Of a stretch of 48,546 bases of DNA, positions 45,428 to 48,546 are shown in pieces. A model generated the notes under the pieces. That model ran no database searches, was not told the origin of the DNA, and worked only from the letters and a program-made list of their open reading frames with translations. Each line of letters starts with the position of its first letter. Position 1 is the stretch's first letter. The stretch is from Candidatus Latescibacterota bacterium (GTDB lineage Bacteria; Latescibacterota; UBA2968), in assembly GCA_038279365.1 (NCBI GenBank), contig JAYODI010000037.1:1-48546 (forward strand), written 5' to 3'. The position numbers and the translations under genes were made by a program.

Positions 45428-46270
45428 ATGGCTTTTTTGCAATTGCCCGCACAGTATTACAAACAACACGATGCGGATCTAACCGCAGACATTCCGGGGC
45501 GAGGGTATGATGGGTGGACAACGCGGATGTTGGATGTGCCTTTGGCACGCACGGCGTTGGTGAGTATGCACGCGTGGAACCCTGGGCTGGTGGATGAGAT
45601 TCCTAAGGGTGTGGATTCGCCGTATGCGGGGTGGTTTCGGTTTGTAGAATATTTGTCTCGTGCTGTGCCCATTACACAAACGGTGTTTCCACCCTTGCTT
45701 CAGGCGGCGCGTGAGGCGCAAATGACGGTGATTCACGTGGGGTCTACTGAGGCGTATTTGGGTAAGTATGAAGGGTATCGACAGGCACGCAACTTGGCCG
45801 GAAATGCACCAGGGCGCCCCGCTGGGGCCGTTGATGATCCATTGCGCCAACAGTGGCAAGAGGAGCGTCTTGTTCAAATGCGGGGCAAGAAGAACGGTGA
45901 GGAGATTAAAGCAGGGCAACAGTTTTTGGATTTCCCACCCCAAGCTATGCCCATTTCAGGCGAAGCGATTGTGGCCGATTCTCATCAACTGAATGCCGTT
46001 TGCCGCGAGAAGGGCATTTGGCATTTGGTGTATATTGGGTTTGCGATCAATTGGTGTTTGTTGGCCAGCCCGGGTGGCATGATTGATATGAGCCGAATGG
46101 GATATGTGTGTTCAACCATTCGGCAGGCCACCACAGCGGTGGAGAATAAGGAGACGTGCTCGGATGAGTGGGCCAAGGCGGTGGCGCTTTGGCGCGTGGC
46201 ATTGATGTTTGGATACGTGTTTGACGTGGATCCTTTTGTCACGGCGTTGCAAAATGTGGCTACATCATAA
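45428..46270 (+). CDS. Isochorismatase/cysteine hydrolase-like protein
   Basis: 'TALVSMHAW', 'LLQAAR...M.VIH', 'LVYIGFAINWC'. Confidence 0.6.
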   Translation: MAFLQLPAQYYKQHDADLTADIPGRGYDGWTTRMLDVPLARTALVSMHAWNPGLVDEIPKGVDSPYAGWFRFVEYLSRAVPITQTVFPPLLQAAREAQMTVIHVGSTEAYLGKYEGYRQARNLAGNAPGRPAGAVDDPLRQQWQEERLVQMRGKKNGEEIKAGQQFLDFPPQAMPISGEAIVADSHQLNAVCREKGIWHLVYIGFAINWCLLASPGGMIDMSRMGYVCSTIRQATTAVENKETCSDEWAKAVALWRVALMFGYVFDVDPFVTALQNVATS

Positions 46271-46640
46271 GGATGTCTTGTTTGGGGCGGCTGGGCATAA
46301 TGTTTTGGCGCAGTTCTCTTTCAATGATGTCTTGGCGGCCTGCGCTGATAAAGAGGTCACACAGTTTGATGAGGGTTTCTTTGTTGGGGTGTAAAAAGAC
46401 CAAGCCCATTCCAATGTCGGTGTGGCGCACCACTGCGGCTTTGATGGGAATGGTGTTGTGACCCGACATCGGGTGCAGGGTAATGTCACATTCGGTTTTG
46501 AGAGGCAGTTTGTTTTCTGCAACCACTTGTAAGCCGCCCAAGCTCAGATCGCGCGTTTCAACCGAAAAAGTTTGGTAGTTGCCGACTCTGATTTCGACGC
46601 CCACTTTAAATTCGAGGCGGGTGTTGGTGCGGTTGTCCAT
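46260..46640 (-). CDS. PilZ domain protein
   Basis: RxxxR ('NRTNTR') and D/NxSxxG ('DLSLGG'); GGAG SD. Confidence 0.85.
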   Translation of the reverse strand: MDNRTNTRLEFKVGVEIRVGNYQTFSVETRDLSLGGLQVVAENKLPLKTECDITLHPMSGHNTIPIKAAVVRHTDIGMGLVFLHPNKETLIKLCDLFISAGRQDIIERELRQNIMPSRPKQDILMM

Positions 46641-46678
46641 TTCATTCTCCTTGATAATTGGCAGGGCTTACATCAAAA

Positions 46679-46695
46679 AGCAATTTGTGAGCCAA
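46679..46695 (-). promoter_or_regulatory. Sigma54-type (-24/-12) promoter of the PilZ gene
   Basis: Minus strand TTGGCTCACAAATTGCT fits TGGC-N7-TTGCW. Confidence 0.65.
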
Positions 46696-46965
46696 TTACT
46701 CAGGGTGAAGATTAGTGGTTGTTTTTTTTTGATTTTCCGTTTTTGATGCCCATAAAATGTGTTGCAAATGTGCCAAAATGCATCATAAACTTGTCATAAA
46801 TCTACACAATTTTTGTAATTGCGCCAGAAAAGGTTTGGGTGCAAAAACGATGAAATTGTATTGTATTTGAAAAATGAACCTCAGGTATTGACTTTTTGAG
46901 TGAGACAAGGCACCTTGTAACGGTTGGGCATTTACTTTAAACACGTGGTTTTAAGAGGAGCGTTT

Positions 46966-47838
46966 ATGAAAGGCATTATTTTGGCCGGGGGGTTGGGCAC
47001 GCGTTTGTATCCACAGACGATTTCTATTTCCAAGCAAATTATCCCTGTGTTTGACAAGCCAATGATTTATTATCCGATGTCTGCGCTCATGTTGGCCAAT
47101 ATTCGCGAGTTTTTGATTATTTCCACCCCCCAACATATTGGGCTGTTTAAGCAGTTGTTTGGGGATGGTTCGCAGTTGGGCTTGCAAATTGAATATGCGG
47201 TGCAAGAAAAACCCGGCGGTGTTGCTCAAGCATTTGTGGTGGGCGCAGATTTTGCCAAAGGGGAACCTTGTGCGCTGGTGTTTGGAGACAATTTGTTTTA
47301 TGGGCACGGGTTGACCGATATGTTGAAAGAGGCAGGCACTGTGACCGACGGCGCGTTGATTTTTGCTTATTACGTACAAGATCCACAGCGCTACGGTGTG
47401 GTGGAGTTTGATGATCAGTTTAATGTGTTGAGCATTGAAGAAAAACCGGCCAAGCCAAAGTCCCATTACGCACAGACAGGGTTATACTTTTACGACGATG
47501 AGGTGGTGGATATTGTGAAAACACTAAAACCGTCGGCGCGGGGTGAGCTTGAGATTACCGATTTGAACAATGTGTATCGCGAGCGGTCCAAGTTGCGGGT
47601 GCAGGTTTTGGGGCGCGGTTTTGCGTGGTTTGATACGGGCACACACGAGAGTATGCTTGAGGCGAGCAATTTTGTCGAAACCATTGAGCACCGTCAGGGG
47701 TTGAAGATTGCGTGTTTGGAAGAGATCGCTTATCGCAAGGGGTACATCAGTGCCGAGCAGGTGATGAAGGTGGCCAATTTGAGCAAAGACAATCCGTATT
47801 GTATTTATTTGAAGAATATGGTTGAGGGTACGATTTAG
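46966..47838 (+). CDS. rfbA: Glucose-1-phosphate thymidylyltransferase
   Basis: 'MKGIILAGG.GTRLYP', 'DKPMIYYP', 'GDNLFYG', 'EEKP', 'PSARGELEITD', 'GRGFAWFDTGT'. Confidence 0.95.
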   Translation: MKGIILAGGLGTRLYPQTISISKQIIPVFDKPMIYYPMSALMLANIREFLIISTPQHIGLFKQLFGDGSQLGLQIEYAVQEKPGGVAQAFVVGADFAKGEPCALVFGDNLFYGHGLTDMLKEAGTVTDGALIFAYYVQDPQRYGVVEFDDQFNVLSIEEKPAKPKSHYAQTGLYFYDDEVVDIVKTLKPSARGELEITDLNNVYRERSKLRVQVLGRGFAWFDTGTHESMLEASNFVETIEHRQGLKIACLEEIAYRKGYISAEQVMKVANLSKDNPYCIYLKNMVEGTI

Positions 47839-47859
47839 GTTTTGATTGAAGGGGGTGCA

Positions 47860-48285
47860 ATGATTAAATCGTTGGTGTTTGGTGGGGCAGTGATTGAGTC
47901 TGCGCTTGCCAATGTGGGCTTGACCATTTTGCGGGTCTTTACCGGGCTGAGTATGGCTTTTGCACACGGCTTGGGAAAGATTCCGCCGTCTGAACGTTTT
48001 GTAGAAGGCACAGCCAATATGGGATTTCCAATGCCCGAGTTTTTTGCGTGGGCGGCAGGGCTTTCAGAGTTTGGCGGTGGGGTGTTTCTGGCACTGGGTT
48101 TGTTCACACGCCCCTCGGCATTTTTCTTGTGTTGCACCATGTTTGTCGCAGGGTTTATTCGACACGCCGCAGATCCTTTTGGCGGAAAAGAAAAAGCCCT
48201 TCTGTTCTTGGCCATTTCTCTGGCGTTTTTGCTGATCGGCGCAGGGAAATATGGTGTTGACGCGTGGGTGAGATCACGTAGATAA
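47860..48285 (+). CDS. DoxX family membrane protein
   Basis: 'LR...G...AHG..K', 'EFGGG..L.LGL.TR', 'GAGKYGVD'. Confidence 0.9.
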   Translation: MIKSLVFGGAVIESALANVGLTILRVFTGLSMAFAHGLGKIPPSERFVEGTANMGFPMPEFFAWAAGLSEFGGGVFLALGLFTRPSAFFLCCTMFVAGFIRHAADPFGGKEKALLFLAISLAFLLIGAGKYGVDAWVRSRR

Positions 48286-48304
48286 TACATTTGGTGCTAA
48301 AATT

Positions 48305-48334
48305 AAACGCCACACGAAAAGGTGTGGCTTTTTT
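48305..48334 (+). terminator. Intrinsic terminator
   Basis: GCCACAC / GTGTGGC followed by a T run. Confidence 0.7.
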
Positions 48335-48546
48335 GTGTTATTTAGAATATGTCAACAAAAACATAGATTTGTTAATTTTTTAATTAAATAAAAACAAATA
48401 TATATAAAATATAATTTTAATTTTTTGTATTTATTTCAGTGAAATCGTATAAAAATTAGGGATTTTGTATTGATAAAGGGTTGATGGTCAGTGTGTCAGA
48501 TATGGTGTGGCTTTTTTATCAAGTTTGAAGACTTGGAATATTTCCC

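Noticed and set aside
48340..48546. AT-rich tract as oriC/DUE
   Set aside because: No DnaA boxes seen; more likely the promoter region of a gene beyond the window

Overview
Chromosomal window from a Gram-negative bacterium. The rplM-rpsI-rpsB-tsf order, short EF-Ts, dapL and many enolase/Gfo/sulfatase paralogues suggest the FCB superphylum, possibly Latescibacterota; this is inference, not a search result. 1-28 kb is mostly carbohydrate and acid-sugar catabolism: three enolase-superfamily dehydratases, an RraA-type aldolase, an Ldh-type dehydrogenase, two Gfo/Idh/MocA enzymes, AKR, PfkB, a TIM-barrel isomerase, a sulfatase and a heparinase II/III-like protein. The same region holds two TMTC-like membrane glycosyltransferase-TPR proteins, an SplB-like radical SAM gene and an OSGIN-like flavoprotein. 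28-32 kb is a dppABC peptide transporter lacking ATPase genes. At about 32.0-32.25 kb is a self-contained small transcription unit: a sigma70 promoter, an extended anti-16S SD, an 11-aa ORF whose stop codon is buried in a multi-stem RNA, and an intrinsic terminator. I do not recognise it as a named family and rank it as the top candidate novelty. Next come rplM-rpsI-rpsB-tsf-frr (no pyrH), dapL, an NHL protein / large beta-barrel / Omp85 trio, cupin, PIG-L deacetylase, MFS, a cysteine-hydrolase-like gene, a PilZ gene with a sigma54-type promoter, an orphan rfbA and DoxX. No CRISPR, tRNA, rRNA, prophage or transposase was seen. All protein calls are by motif recognition only.
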